Assembly (NCBI GenBank): GCA_013265495.1
Contig: MU058781.1
Coordinates: 7,265,324-7,299,576 of the forward strand
DNA from: Vicugna vicugna
Taxonomy: Eukaryota
Direction: 5' to 3'
DNA: 34,253 nt
Shown here: in pieces, positions 20,783 to 33,631 of the stretch
Position numbering within the stretch: position 1 is the first letter of the stretch
How the letters are laid out: the number at the start of each line of letters is the position of its first letter
Notes under the pieces: generated by a model
What the model saw: only the letters and a program-made list of their open reading frames with translations
Databases searched by the model: none
What the model was told of the DNA's origin: nothing
Made by a program: the position numbers and the translations under genes

Positions 20783-22069
20783 AAGAAGGTATTGGGGTGA
20801 CAGTGAAGGTGAAGAGGGGAGGGGCTGGCAAAGTAAATGTTGGAAGAATTAAATTAACATATTTTTATAGATTGTAAACCCATCAGGGAGAGTAAACGTT
20901 TAATACACTGCTGAGTACCTTGTCAAGTGCCATATAATTAATAATAATTACAGATGTTATTGTAAAAAACATCACAGGAAAATTTGTGTTCCTTGAGCAA
21001 CTGTGTTGTGACACTGAATTGTCTTTGATCAGCAGTTTTCCAAGAGTTTGCTTCTTAGGTTTGTTGCTTTTTATTTCCCATAGAAGCAGGAGTTAAATAA
21101 AATCTGTGACCACCTTTTTCCTTGGACATGAAGCAGACCTTGTTTGACCATTTTGTTTGAAAGAATCTGAGATTTTTAGTGATGGTTTTTGTTTAACAGG
21201 AACCATGTTGGTTGTGCAAAGCAGTTGCCATCTGAATACTTTTTACTGGCCCAAATGCAACTAATACATCTTTTGAAGACCCACATCTGCTCATCAGAAA
21301 TTAATTTCTGAGTCAAAATTGCTGAGTACCAACCTCAACACAGTGGAAGAGGAGTGCACGTCCTGAAGCTGAAGTGTGTTTTGTTTTGTTAGGAAGCACT
21401 TCTGACTAAGACTGAAAGTAGTCCAGGGAGAAAGGCAGTGTGTCTTGTGTCTCTGTCACAACACCATACATACCTGAAGCTTTTATTTTTCAATGACCAG
21501 TCTAGCTGTATGTGTAAAAACATATATTTTTTTAGTCCGTCATAATGTCCCTATGAAGTGGTTAAGAGAGAGCCCCTACTTTATTAATTGAGAGAACTTT
21601 AACCTCCTGTCTCGCTGAGTATTCCATATCAAGGGGTCCAAATGGGAAGCTGGAACATCATTGGATGTCACAGGTATTTCCTAGTATTCTGGGGGATTTG
21701 GGGAATCTCTGGGGTCTGTAGGCCCAGAACACCTTCTCTGCACTCATGCTTGGGACAGAAATGGTTAGGGCTACTTCAAGGGTCTTTCTTGACCTGGGCC
21801 CTTGGCCAGCTTCTTATTTGGCACTCTCCTTTTCTACGATGGGCATGAAGGAGAGGATTCATTTTATCCTCTTCTTCCAGTTAGCACCTCAAGAAAAGAA
21901 TGGGGTGGCACCAGCTTTCTTCTTGTTCCCCCTGAGTTTGCTTACAACTGCACTCCTTTATTGTGTACTTTTGTCAATTTGAAGAACTTTTTCATGTCCT
22001 TTAAACCATTCCATTTTTTTTCTAATTACATTTTATTAATGACAGTTATCCTAATTTCCAGTTCATTCT

Positions 22070-22208
22070 TGTCTTAGTCTGTTCTGGCCGCTATAACATG
22101 ATAACATACTCTGAGTGCCATAAACAACAAACATTTCTTCTTCGTAGTTGTAGAGTCTGGAAGTCCAAAATCAGGGTGCTGGTATTGTTGGGTTCTTGGC
22201 AAAGGCCT
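22070..22208 (-). mobile_element. MLT1A/B-type (ERVL-MaLR) LTR 3' fragment
   Basis: TGTCTTAGTCTGTTCTGGCCGCTATAAC...ATAAACAACAAACATTT...TCTGGAAGTCCAAAATCAGGGTGCTGG. Confidence 0.85.
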
Positions 22209-22308
22209 AAACCATTCCATTTTAGTGTTGGCCATAATGACCTCTTTTGCCCTTGAAACTGCAGACAAACAATCTTTCTTAATGTGTGGGAACATGGATG
22301 TCATACCA

Positions 22309-22402
22309 TTTCCCCCCCAGTCTGATTGAGATATAATTAACATGTAACATTATATTAGTCCAAGGTGTACAACATCATAATTTGATGAATGTATATACTG
22401 CA
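22309..22402 (-). mobile_element. Very short L1 3'-terminal fragment
   Basis: CCAGTCTGATTGAGATATAATTAACATGTAACATTATATTAG...AAGGTGTACAACAT, the extreme 3' end of L1 in antisense. Confidence 0.75.
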
Positions 22403-23778
22403 CATGCCATATTGCTGAACTTGACAATCTGTCATCAGATCTGATTTGTGGAGAGCTGAGGCTTAGCAAAAAATGGTTTAGGACATCTAGGCTGTGCCTT
22501 CTTATGCAAAAGCCCCCTGCAAGGGACCGGATCCTAGAACAGCTGCATCTTGGGAAGGCGCCCACTGATTCACCACAACACACAAGGAGGAGTTTCAAAC
22601 TTACATGAGTGACTTGTTTTCACTCAGTCTGGAGAGTCGGGCATATGGGGCTGCTGAGGAGAGGTTAGAGGCTATCATTAACAAGGCCCACCAGGTTTTT
22701 CCTTCCTTAAACTGCCACTCCATGTTCAACAACTAGACTCAGCCCTGCTAAGGAACACATGGGATGGCAGTTCAACACTTAGGTCCACGGCCTTCATTCA
22801 AACTAGTCTGAGGACTTACAGGATAAAGGCTTTCTGAAGATCACTCTTCAACTCATTTTAGTCACGAGAAACTTAATCTTGATAAAACCAGATCACCACA
22901 GGGGTTCTTTTTTGCCTTTATGACCAAAGTCCTCAGGTTCACGTGTGAGCAAATGACTACTAAATAAGTGTCATACAGACCAGAGAGTGCGATGTTCTCA
23001 AGCTGTAGCTTTTAATTTCACTTACATTTTCTCGCCGGGCACTGCAGTGGTTAAAATGGAATTTGGTCAGAGTCATTTCGCAATAATGAGGGAATACTGG
23101 TGAAGGCCTGGCTGTTGCTTGCTTTATAGATGGATCCACATCCCAAGGTATTAGAACCTATGGAAGAAAAATAGTCAAAAGACAAATAAAAGAGATTTGT
23201 ATTTTTCTTTGGTAGTATTAATATAACATTGCTATTGCTCTTTTACATCAAAACTATTTTTTAATAAGTGATAACATGATTACTAGTTAATGCATTTTTA
23301 TTGCTGAGATAAAGAATTCCTTCTATTGTGGTGAGAGCACTCCTGTGGGTTACATTCACTCCAAATATGATATCACAACACTGAAATGGTGGGTTGGAAT
23401 CCTACTAAGAAAGTTTCTGTATCAGTTCTGTAAAGAAAAGACAGATAGTGATAGGCCTCTGAATTCTTTCCAGATCTAGAGAACATCTTTAGTAAATGTG
23501 AAGTGGATTCAACAGTAGGATTCAGTATCTTTTGTTTGAAGTCACTGTATTTTGATATTGTATAACATGTCCTGTTGGTAATTGAAAATGCTGTTTAGGA
23601 GTTAATTTCACTCTGTGCCATGGCTCAAACACACTCATAACATCACAGTTGTTTAAAAACTATGATGTTTTCCCAGGGGTTGTGATGGAGTCCTTAGGTT
23701 TTCTTATGGAAGAAATGTAACAGTGCTTCTCACATTGTTTTTGATTTTAAAAAAAATTATCTGTACAACATAAAGTAT

Positions 23779-24184
23779 TATGGAAGTTAATTTTAGGTGT
23801 AACTTGGCAGGCCATGGTGCCCAGATATTTGGTCAAATATTCTGGATGTTTCTGTGAAGGTGTTTTTTGGATGAGATTAACATTTAAAGTGGTGGACGTT
23901 GAGTGAGGCTGATTGCCCTCCACAATGTGCGTGGGTCTCATGCCATCAGTTGAAGGCCTTACTAGAACTAAGACTGACCTCTCCCAACTGAAAAGAGGTT
24001 CTGCCAGCAGGCTGCCATTGGACTCAGACTGCAACTCTTCCCTGGTTCTCTGTCATGCCAACCTACTCTGCAGATTTTGGATTGGCACCTCCATGATCGT
24101 CCTAGCCAATTTCTTAAAATCAATCTCTTTCTCTATCTCTTCATCCTAGTGGTTGTGTTTCTCTGGAGAACACTGACTAATACC
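23779..24184 (+). mobile_element. MLT2-family (ERVL) solo LTR, full length
   Basis: GTTAATTTTTAGGTGTAACTTGGC...CCCAGATATTTGGTCAAA...GGATGAGATTAACATTTAAA...TCTCTGGAGAACACTGACTAATAC; 5-bp TSD AGTAT (23774-23778 and 24185-24189). Confidence 0.92.
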
Positions 24185-24189
24185 AGTAT

Positions 24190-24310
24190 TCTTAGAGCTG
24201 AAAAGAAACTTGAAGTCATCTAACCGACTGCTTTTGTTAATTATGAGGAAAAGTAATGTCCAGAGAAACAAAGTGACTTTCCTCAATGACCCAGCTAAGT
24301 AATTGCACTT
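24190..24310 (-). mobile_element. MIR/MIR3 remnant
   Basis: TTAGAGCTGAAAAGAAACTTGAAGTCATCTA...ATGAGGAAA...CCAGAGA...AAGTGACTTTCC...CAGCTAAGTAA. Confidence 0.6.
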
Positions 24311-25029
24311 CCCACACATCATATTTATTGTGTATATGAATAAAGCAACACCAAAAGAAGCAGGTTGTAACAGAATCTATACCTATAGGTGACTATCTAG
24401 ATTTTTAATAAAAGGACTTCAGTTTTCAGAGGGTAGATTTGAGGAGCAATTAAACAGAGCTTACCACCCAGTACAATTTGGCTATCCTTAAATTTAGCCT
24501 AGTAATCAGTGTCTGTCCTTGAGGAAGAGTGAAATAATAGAGAATGTTAACCCACAAAAAACTCTGACCTAATTCAGAAATGCCTTCAATGAAGTTAAAA
24601 AAACAATTACTCCAAGTATGTATCTTGGGGAACTGGCTCCATTTCAATTTATTCAGGGTTCTTAAAGCATCTAAAAAAGTATGCTTTAAAATCCCATTTC
24701 AATTATCTTTAATAAGATCAACTTGTCTGATATAGATGCAATATGAGAGACAGAGCAAAAAAATACTTTCCTTTCTAAATAATTCTTTCTAAAACAATTA
24801 TAGTGCATTTTCTTTAAGCCACTCCAGGGTGGTGAGTCTTGTTTGTCATTTTAACTTCCTTCTGTCTCAGGAAGAACACAGGTATAATATCTCTTGGCTC
24901 CTAAATGATTTCTGTAATGAATATCTGATGGTGGAACCTTGTTAATAACACTATGACAGAAAGTATTTTTGTCCTAATCTCAAGGTTGTATCTTTGGGAG
25001 TAACTTGGCTCTGTTTTGTACATGGTTAA

Positions 25030-25430
25030 TTTTTTTTTTTTACTTTTCATTTTTAAATAACTTTATATGTATAAAACATTGCAAAAATAGGACAAATAAT
25101 TCTCTTAAACTCTTAATCCAGATTCTCCCAAATGTTAACACATCTGCTTTTTCTCTCTCTCTGTATTGATTTCTCTCTTTATTTGTATGTGTATTTTTTT
25201 TCAGGGTAGATTGAGAATAAGTTGCTGACATAAAGCTCCTTTTAACCCTAAACACTTCCTAAAGCAAGGACATTCTCTTACAGAATAAAAGCATAATTAT
25301 CAAAATCAGGGATTTAACCTTGATGTAGTATTTTAATCTAATCTATACATTCAAATTTCACCATTTGTCCCACTAATGTTCTTTACAGTAAAAAAAAAAA
25401 AAGCAAAAAGCATTTCTAGTTCAGTATCCA
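25030..25430 (-). mobile_element. L1MC-type 3' UTR fragment
   Basis: Poly(T), TTGCAAAAATAG, TTGAGAATAAGTTGC, CCTAAAGCAAGGACATTCTCTTACA, ATTATCAAAATCAGG, CATTCAAATTTCACCATTTGTCCCA. Confidence 0.8.
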
Positions 25431-26987
25431 AATGATTAAGTTTTTAAGTTGAACATTTATGACAAGTCAAAGTTTAAAGCTTTGCATGGAAATTAGCAAT
25501 CTCCCTTCTCCTCAACTCCAATCCTGCTTCTTGCAAATACATCAGAATCGACATGAACATGTTTGTTTAACATTGTCTTTACTCTCACTTACACACATGT
25601 GAAGTGTACTTACTGCTTTTTGGTTTTGTGAAAATTAGGAAGTTTACCACATACATTAATACATAGCATGGCTTTTTCATTTAATTGTAGATTAGGAACA
25701 TCCTTTGAGAAAAACAGATTTATGTAATTCTGTTTTGCTTGTTTTTAAAGTTCTTTTTAATTAAGGTAATATGTGCATATTGTTAAAGGCAAATGAAAGG
25801 CTCATAATGAAGAACGCTAGTACTTCCCTCTGCCTGTCTCACTTCTCATGGAAAACTGCTTCCGCTTATCTTTATCTTATGGATGATTCCATTCCACACC
25901 ACGAAGGATATCCCTATACTACCATTTCATTCTTCATCATTTTTAGTAGTATTTTATCAAATCCCTTTTATGGTATTTGAGGACCTACCTCTCTCCTCAC
26001 TGTATTTCCTATACCTTCTTTCCAAGTTTTTGATTAAAATATTTTTTGAGTATATATTTTGTAATTATGAAATAACATCATATTTCATGAACTATTGTTC
26101 ACTGCTAAGTCATATAGTATTTTATGGCCAAGCTTTTTTTCCTTCTAAAACTTTTTTCCTTGCCGTTTAAAATTGTCTCAAATTTTTTATTTGCTTAATT
26201 TGTATGAAACAAATTCTAATTCTTCTCATGCATTCAACAGCTTTTTTTCATCTCTCCAGCAGCTGCTTAATACAGTTATCAGGTGAACTGCTAGATCCTG
26301 CATTTTCTCTTTTGGAGCCCTTAATCCACTTGCCCCAGACTAGGCACATTTACCAAGAACTGGTAACATTTCTAGATTCGCTGTACAACTATTGTCTTGG
26401 CACATCTGGAGATTATTTTATCCATTCTTCTGTACTGAATTTCCCTTTACCTGGGTCCTCTTTTCCTATTGACCTATTCCCCCATTTTGTTACTGCACAA
26501 CTTTCAATAGCTTTCTATACCAGAGTACTATGCGTACAACTTTTTTAGACCTTGCATATCAGTTTATTCTGCTCTCATAGTCAATTGGTTGGCTAGGTAT
26601 AGAATTTTGGTTGAAAAGTAGTTTCCCACAGAATTCTGAAGTCATTGTTCCCTTGTCTTTTTGCTTCTAATGTTTCTTTTGAAAACTCCAGTGCTGTTTT
26701 TATTCCAGATTGTTTGCAAATGATCTATTTCTGCTCTCCCAGGAAAGCATTAGATTTTTCTTTTCATCTCTGATATTCTGAAATGTCATGATTATATATC
26801 TTACTGTGGTTTCTTTTTTATCATTTTTCTGAGCTCTCAGTGGGACTTTTTCAGTCTGGAGAAGCATGTTTTCCAGTCTGGGAAAGCTTAATTTATTATC
26901 ATTTAAAAATTAACCCCTCATTTTGTATTTCTTTCTGGAACTCTTGTTAGTTAGATACTAAACTTTCTGGACTGATTGATTGTCTTT

Positions 26988-27004
26988 TGTGTGTGTGTGT
27001 GTGT
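26988..27004. repeat. Short (TG)n microsatellite
   Basis: Read directly. Confidence 0.9.
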
Positions 27005-27119
27005 TTACCTTCTATCTCATATTACACATTTCTCTCTTTTGTTTTATAGTTTGAAATTTTTCCTCAATTATATTTTCAATCCTATTAAGTTTTCTATTTC
27101 AGCAGTCATTTTTATTTTG

Positions 27120-27253
27120 CTTGTCTTCTTTCCTTTCCGCCTCCCTTCTCCCCTCCTCCCTTCTCCATTCTTCCTTCTCCTTCTTCTTCTCCCCCTACCT
27201 CCTCCTCCCCTCTTTGCTTCTTCCTCCTGATCCTCTTCCTTTTCCTCTTCTTC
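27120..27253. repeat. Polypyrimidine low-complexity (CTT/CCT)n tract
   Basis: Read directly; explains the E/R/G-rich and P/L/S-rich spurious ORFs here. Confidence 0.92.
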
Positions 27254-27622
27254 TAGCACTCTCTTCTTGTTTCATAGATGTGTTTTTTTTAATCTTTCGG
27301 AGGATAGTAATTTTAGTTTGTTTGTAGCTTCACTTTTCACCTACCTTCTGAATTGTTCCTATTTCATTAAAGTTTCTTTCTTTTATGTATTTGCTTTAGC
27401 TTGCCTTCCATGTCAGAGCTTTATCTCAACGTCTGGTGATCCTTGGCTGCCTGTTCATGTTAGAGAGTTATATGGTAGATCAGTGTGCAGAATTTATTGG
27501 CTCGTGGACTTTATTGTAAGGTGATCAGGGTTTTTTTTTTTTAATTCTTGAGAGTCTATCGAATGTCCATTTCTATTTTCTTGGTCACTCAATTTTTTGA
27601 TAGACAGATGTTCCAAAATGCC

Positions 27623-28160
27623 TATATTAAGTTATCTATTGCCGCATAAAACTACCTCAAAATATTGTGGCTTGAAACAACACTTATTACACTGTCTCTG
27701 TATGTCGGGAATCTGGGCATGGCTTCCTGGCTCCCTCTGTTTCAGGGTCTGCAAACAACGTGTCAGCTAGGGCTATTGATATCTCAAGACTCCACTGGGG
27801 AAGGATCTGCTTCCAAGCTCAATTATGAGGTGGTTGTTAAGATTCACTCCCTCATGGGTTGTTGGACGGAACACCTCAGTTCCTTGATGTCTGTTGGCTG
27901 CCCTGGTTCGTGCCACTTGAGTCTCTCCACATGATGAGTTACTTCATTAAAGCGAGCAGGCCAAGAAGACAAGAAAGAGCAGGCCAGCAAGATGAGAATC
28001 ACAGTCTTTTATAACCTAGTCTTTCCATTCCTTTTGCCATATTTTATTTATTAGAAGTGAGTCACTGGGTCCAGCCGACATACAGGGGAGGCTATTACAT
28101 AGAATGTGAGTGCCAGGAGACAGGGGTTATTCGGAGCATTTTGGAACGTTGTCAGCCCCA
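27623..28160 (-). mobile_element. MLT1F-type (ERVL-MaLR) solo LTR inserted into HAL1
   Basis: TATTAAGTTATCTATTGC...GGCTTGAAACAAC...ACTGGGGAAGGATCTGCTTCCAAGCTCA...TTAGAAGTGAGTCACT; 5-bp TSD ATGCC (27618-27622) / GTGCC (28161-28165). Confidence 0.88.
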
Positions 28161-28165
28161 GTGCC

Positions 28166-28790
28166 CAAGGACTTGTTATCCAGTCTGCAGGCATTCTGGC
28201 AACTGGCTGGAGGGAGGGATTGTCAGGCTTGTGTCACCTTTTCAGTAAACAGATTTAGTCTCTCCTTTTTTTCCATCTAGCAGCTTACCCTTGCTTTTAG
28301 TTGTGCCTGATGTTTTCAAGGTGGGGCATTTCTGGTTCAATTTCTTTGGTAAAGAGACTTATTCCGCTATAAGAATAGGACACGGGCAGCTTCTTTAAAG
28401 TATGAGGTGGAAGAGGGAACCTGAGAGTTTAACTTCTTCGTATGCATATTTAAAAAGTCCGCTTCCCTTTTTCTTACCTCCAAACTTAACCTTCATGTTG
28501 TGTAATAACGTATTTTCCAACTTCTGAACCTTTTAAAGCTTCTTTGAGGATGAAACAATGTGCTTCTCATTGATATTACCCTCTTGGGGCCCATAGGTTT
28601 GTGCTTTCTTTGCTCTGATTTAAGTCAACATTATTCCTGAATCCATTTTCTATCTTTTGAAAATTGGTCGATTCTACTTTGCTGTTGTCTTCTTCCCATT
28701 CTCTTTGTCTGTGAGGATTTTTACTTTAAAAAAATAATCCTACTTTTGTCATTTTACCAGGGTTTGGGAGATGGTAATAAGTACACGTGT
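28166..28790 (-). mobile_element. HAL1 / ancient L1ME remnant, right part
   Basis: Continuation of T-rich antisense LINE-like sequence beyond the MLT1 TSD; weak motif support. Confidence 0.45.
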
Positions 28791-29224
28791 CTCTATACTC
28801 AACCACAATTCTCTCCACAATTCAATATTAAGAAAGGGTTTCACTTCTCTTTCAACATCCTAAAATGGCACATATACGATATCTCAAGGGAAGTCTTACT
28901 CAGTAATCAAAGGTGCTGCTATTGTACTGATAGTGGTTGCTATCTAAATATTGAGAACATTGACCTAAGGCAAAATTATTTATTTTTGTGATTCTCACCT
29001 ATCTTTGCACCACCCTGATGATTTAATTCCTCCTTAGTCTCAGAAATTCATAGACTGTATCTCACATTTTCTAATCTTAGTTTATTTCACCTGCTCTCTT
29101 CCAGAGTTCCCATTCTGCAACTTTTTTTTTCTTCTTCTCTATCTCAGATCAAATGACTGAATTATTTAAGTAGTTCTTAGAAAGAGAAAACCTATTGGTT
29201 CATTAGAATATTTGACTGTCAGAT

Positions 29225-29445
29225 GTCAGTGTGAGCAATTAGAAGCTTCAAGTCCTGGCCTAGTCATCTGTTAGTAATATGACCATTTGAAAATCCTCTT
29301 AACTTCTTTGTAATCTTTACTTTCCTCATCTTTGAAATTGGGAAGCAAGAATAACATCTTCATGGAAAAAGTAGGAATACTTCTTGGCATAGTACCTGGA
29401 AGATAAGGAAGCATTCAAACAGCAGGAGCAGTCATTGCTGTTACT
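29225..29445 (+). mobile_element. MIR SINE remnant
   Basis: TTCAAGTCCTGGC...CTTAACTTCTTTG...TTTCCTCATCTTTGAAATTGGGA...GCATAGTACCTGG. Confidence 0.75.
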
Positions 29446-29629
29446 ACCATTATCATTACCAATATTATTGTTAAAGATGGGTGAGGCACCTTCCCTGGGA
29501 TACTTCATGTTATGAAATATGTTAATACCAATAAAAATATGTTGAAGAGAGAGTCCTACACTGATTATTCTATACCCCACTAACAGAAAATTAAGTGTCA
29601 GAAAGTGGCTTCTGAGCATCTGTTAAGGA

Positions 29630-30060
29630 GTATTTTGAAGTTATGTTGCTAGGTGCATTTGTGCCTTGAATTATGTCCTCCTGACCTTGACTTTTGGTAA
29701 TATTTTTTGTCTTGGTGTCTTCTTTGCTGATAATAATATAGCTACACTTTAAGATTATTAATTGCATGGTATAGCTTTTTCTGTTATCTTACTGTAAACC
29801 TAAGAGTCTCATATCTGTGCTACACATTTAATAATGTGTGTCTTGTAAAGAGAATATGATTGTGTCATTTTTTGATCCAGTCTGGAAATTCCTATCTTTA
29901 CTTGGACTGTTTAATGCATTTACATATAATGCAAATATTGCTGAGTGTAAGTCTACCATTTTGCAATTTGTTCCATCTGTTCCTTGGTACGTTGTTCCTC
30001 TTTTCTGCATTCTTTCTCATTTCTGTGGCAGGAGCAATTGTCTATGACAACTTTCTATAT
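29630..30060 (-). mobile_element. Ancient L1M ORF2 endonuclease N-terminal remnant
   Basis: ORF 29828..30010 peptide LYVNALNSPSKDR...DTIIFSLQDTH aligns with L1 EN LNVNGLNSPIKR...DPTICCLQETH. Confidence 0.85.
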
Positions 30061-30342
30061 ATCATAACCAGATTCTTGGCACTGTTTGAATTTTGATTTC
30101 TTTAAAAAAGCAAAATTTTCTCAGTGATATTATAGTTGCCTTTTACATCATTTAATGAAGCCATTGTTTCAAGCACTATTCTTCCTTAGGAAGAAAGTTA
30201 TTGTTGATTTCCCACTGACTAGATCTTCATAGTTGTTGACTAGAGAGAAATTCTCCTGTTTCTCCCAGTGTCTGTTTAAAGACAATTGCCTTATTCTGAA
30301 ATCCCAACGTCAAGTTATTAACCAGGGTCTATGCTGAAGTAA

Positions 30343-30438
30343 ATTTTCTTCCTTTCTTTTTTCCTCTTTCCCCTTCCCTCCTCCCTCCCTTCCCTTCTTC
30401 CTTCTTTCTTTCTTTCCTTCTTCCTTCCTTCCCTCCCC
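30343..30438. repeat. (CCTT)n/(CTTT)n polypyrimidine simple repeat
   Basis: Read directly. Confidence 0.92.
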
Positions 30439-30539
30439 AGAAGGAAGTAGCTTGGAGAGGCCCTATTTCAGTTAATGAGCATCCACTGGAGTCTACCAAA
30501 TAAAACAAGAATCAACATGTAAAAACAAAGTATTTTGTA

Positions 30540-31470
30540 ATATTCTTGTGGGTTAGATGGAGGAATGTGAGATGGAGAGTAATGAAGTGAGGTGATTTCA
30601 TAGACAACTCAGCAACTGAATACATAGTTTTGCCAGAGAGATTGATGTCTACCTGGAGAGAGGCCTCTAGCTGAATGCCACTGGGCTTCTATCTCCGTAT
30701 ATCCTATTTACCACATTTTTTTAAATCAGAGAATTCAGTCAATACTTAAAAAAAACATTTTTTTCCTAATCTGTGGGAAGCCTACTTGCACTGTAGAGGA
30801 AATCCATAATGCTGGTTTAAAGAAATATTTCCTTGGTAAATACCATGGGGAGTCTTAGGCCCAATACTCAAAAAATACAAGGACTATTTTCCTACCTACC
30901 CTCATCTCCTCTCCCAGCTGCACCCTTGGATTTTGGGTTCAAGATTCAAAATGATTTCAATAGTTAGAAAAAGAATTCAAAATTGACAAGATAAACTATA
31001 AAAGGATAGATAACAAATGTGATATTTAAGAAATTAGTTGTGTAAGTATTTTTACGTATGTATGTATCTATATAAAATATGTAGATACATTTATGTATGC
31101 ACATACTTACAGAATAATGCACATCAGAAATACCTGGCAGTTTCAGATGTAATAAGAACCAAACCTGGGATGCAAGAGTTAAAAACAATTCTAATTAGGT
31201 GTTAGACTGCAAACGTAAAAGCATATATAAGGCCATGTAAGAATATCTGGTGATATCTGGATTGGTATAACTGCTCTAGGAATTTTATTTTTTTTGCAAA
31301 TAGAGATTAAATAATGAAGTAAGACTGGGATAGTTAATGCTGTGAAAAGTCTTGTCATATAGAGAACAATTAGAGGAAAATAACAGTGCTCATTATGAAC
31401 AGAAAATTTTTAGGAGACATGAAAACACTGGAGGCCATATGTGCCATCTTTATATACAAGACAAACGATT
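30540..31470 (+). mobile_element. CR1/L3 LINE ORF2 (RT to C-terminus) remnant in collinear fragments
   Basis: ~30642-30690 translates LMSTWREASS*MPLG (CR1 SMSTWREVSSGVPQG); ~30938 KIQND (KIQNDLDRLE); ~31350 LSYREQLEE (MSYEERLKE). Confidence 0.7.
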
Positions 31471-32479
31471 TTTTTTCTGTTACTCTGGATGAGAAGTGTT
31501 TCTCAGATTTTCCACTGAAGTATCCTTAATGATACTTGTCAAATTTCTTTGAGAACGCATATTTCATTTAAAAATATTATCCAAATGTTACCGTCTTCTT
31601 CATCATTTATGTTTGTGTTAGTATAATGTAAAATGATGGGTTCTTTCTTCCCTTCATATCTCCAGGAAAAAAGCATTTGTGTTTATTCTGTACCATTCCT
31701 GTGTTCTCTGGAGTACAACATATGCCTGGATATCCATACTAGGTTGAAATGAGACCAATGGGCAGAAATTCCCAGGAGTATATTTTTCACTTATTCTAAA
31801 CCCAAACCCCCAAAATATAACTTCATAAATATTGGCTATGTTGTCTTAAAAATAAAAAATCAGAGCCTGAATAGCCATTTTTAGGTTTCTTTGTTTGATT
31901 TTGGATCAGTTGTAGGGACTGGGTAATTCCTGAATTCTTTGAGTCGATGATAGCTTTAAGGTTGGAGGTTACATTTGGCATCCAGGGAAAGGAAAAATGA
32001 TCAGAGAAACAAGGAACTTGCAAGATACTCATATCAATTAAATGTCAAATATTAAAATTTTGGATAAAAGGAATGGAGTTTTTAGGTTGAAAACAACAGC
32101 GGAGACTTCCAGGTAGCCCAGGAAAATGGTTGTTACTAAATCTGAATTTCTCCACATATTCTCCAAAAAAACTATATAGGTCAACAAGAAAAAATATAAT
32201 CCACAAAACCCATAATGTTAGCCCAACCAGAAGAAAAATAACACCACCAACTTTAAATCATTTTTAAATAGAAAAACGTACTGCAAATTTCAGCAGAATC
32301 AACTGAAACCCCTGACACAAGTGTCTTCTGGAGAGGGAGTAGTGTCCCAGTTCTTGCCACTTCTCACTCCAGCCACGTGAGCCGTAAAAGCGGAGGGGAG
32401 ATGGAAGAACTAAAATTAAACCTGGACATTGAAGGCTTTCTTTTAAACTCGTGGGTGAAATGAAAAATGCAAACAAATT

Positions 32480-33425
32480 ATAGAATATCTAAGAAGTAAT
32501 GATTATTAGGATATTATACCTTAGAATTTATGGGATACATCTGAAGCAGTTAGAGGAAACGTCTTAGAACTAAACACTTTTATCAATAAAAGTGATAGTG
32601 AAAGCAAAGGAACTAAATTCTCAGCTGGAAAAGTGAGGAAAAAACAATAAAGTAAATAAAATAAAAAGTCAAAAAAAAAAGAGAGAAATCAGTTACACAC
32701 AAGTACAGTAAAAAAAAATCAAAGAAAACTGACAAAAACAAAAGCAAAAATTAATGAGGGATAGAAAAACAGTAGATCTAACAATAAGATCTAATTAATT
32801 TATCAAAATTAATTTTTTGAAAAAAATTAATAAATTTAAAGAAACCACCAGCTAACTTAAGGGGAAAAGGGAGAAAGAATATATGCGTACACAAATAAAG
32901 AGATGGTAAGGGAGAAATAAACATTGAAATAGAAGAAATTTTCAAAATACTGATACTGTTTTCAGACTTCTAGGCCAATAAATTTGAAAACCCAGATTGG
33001 TAATTTTCAAGGATAAGACGATTTAGCAAAACTGGTCTCAAAGAAGAGAGAACATTTAGACCAATTTCTTACTGTAAATATAGTTCTCAAGGTAGTACCC
33101 CACATGAAATTTGAGACCCAGATAGTTTCACAGTATCTTCTACCAAACTCAGATAGTCTTGATCCTATATAATTTGTTTCAGTTCACATAGAAACTGATG
33201 GAAAACTTCCACAGCATGTTATCTAAATCTAGTAAATTTAGTCTCCACACACAGATAAAGAAATTTATAAGCCAGTATCACTTATTAATATTAATGCAAA
33301 ATTCCAAATAAATATTAGCAAACATAGTCTAAATACTACATTAGGAGAATAATGGCATACTTACATTATTTAGTATTAGGAAATCAATTAACATCATAAG
33401 CCACATTAATAGATCATTAATGGAA
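32480..33425 (+). mobile_element. Ancient L1M ORF2 mid-region remnant (linker to RT start), frameshifted
   Basis: DNA equivalents of NLWD..KAV.RGK (32524), FFEKINK (32815), ANKFEN (32974), PDSFT (33118; PDGFT) and YKPVSLININAK (33267; YRPISLMNIDAK). Confidence 0.85.
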
Positions 33426-33429
33426 AAAT

Positions 33430-33626
33430 ATTCCCCTCCCTACTCCATTGTAATAACTATCTGAAATTTGCTATTTATTATTTTCTTACTCCAAAATAGA
33501 TTTACTATGTTCATATGTGCATAGTGCTTAGTTTCCTTTAAAAAAAAACTTTATTCAATGGTATCATATTTGACATGTTTTCTGCAGCCTGATTTCTTCA
33601 TTCAGTGTTATATTTATGATAATCAT
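33430..33626 (-). mobile_element. L1ME-type 3' UTR remnant, host of the terminal young L1
   Basis: AACTTTATTCAATGGTATCATAT...TTCTGCAGCCTGATTTCTTCATTCAG, antisense L1ME 3' pattern. Confidence 0.6.
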
Positions 33627-33631
33627 TTATG

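Larger units (their letters stand above)
25745..27622 (-). mobile_element. HAL1 / ancient L1ME ORF1-region remnant, left part
   Basis: TTGGCTAGGTATAGAATTTTGGTTG...CAGAATTCTGAAGTCATTGTTCC...TTCTGAAATGTCATG...CAGTGGGACTTTTTCAGTCTGG matches the recalled antisense HAL1 ORF; best supported 26500-27120. Confidence 0.65.

Noticed and set aside
21255..21330. Hammerhead ribozyme on the minus strand (CTGATGAG followed by a weak stem)
   Set aside because: The required GAAA after stem II reads AAAA, stem II has a mismatch, and no stem III/NUH site is evident; the other CTGATGAG sites (~285, ~8743, minus) also lack GAAA.
22511..22523. CTCF site on the minus strand (CTTGCAGGGGGCT)
   Set aside because: Mismatches at two informative core positions; not supportable without ChIP data.
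27068..27327. Charged or proline-rich proteins in overlapping ORFs
   Set aside because: Translation artefacts of the (CTT/CCT)n low-complexity tract.
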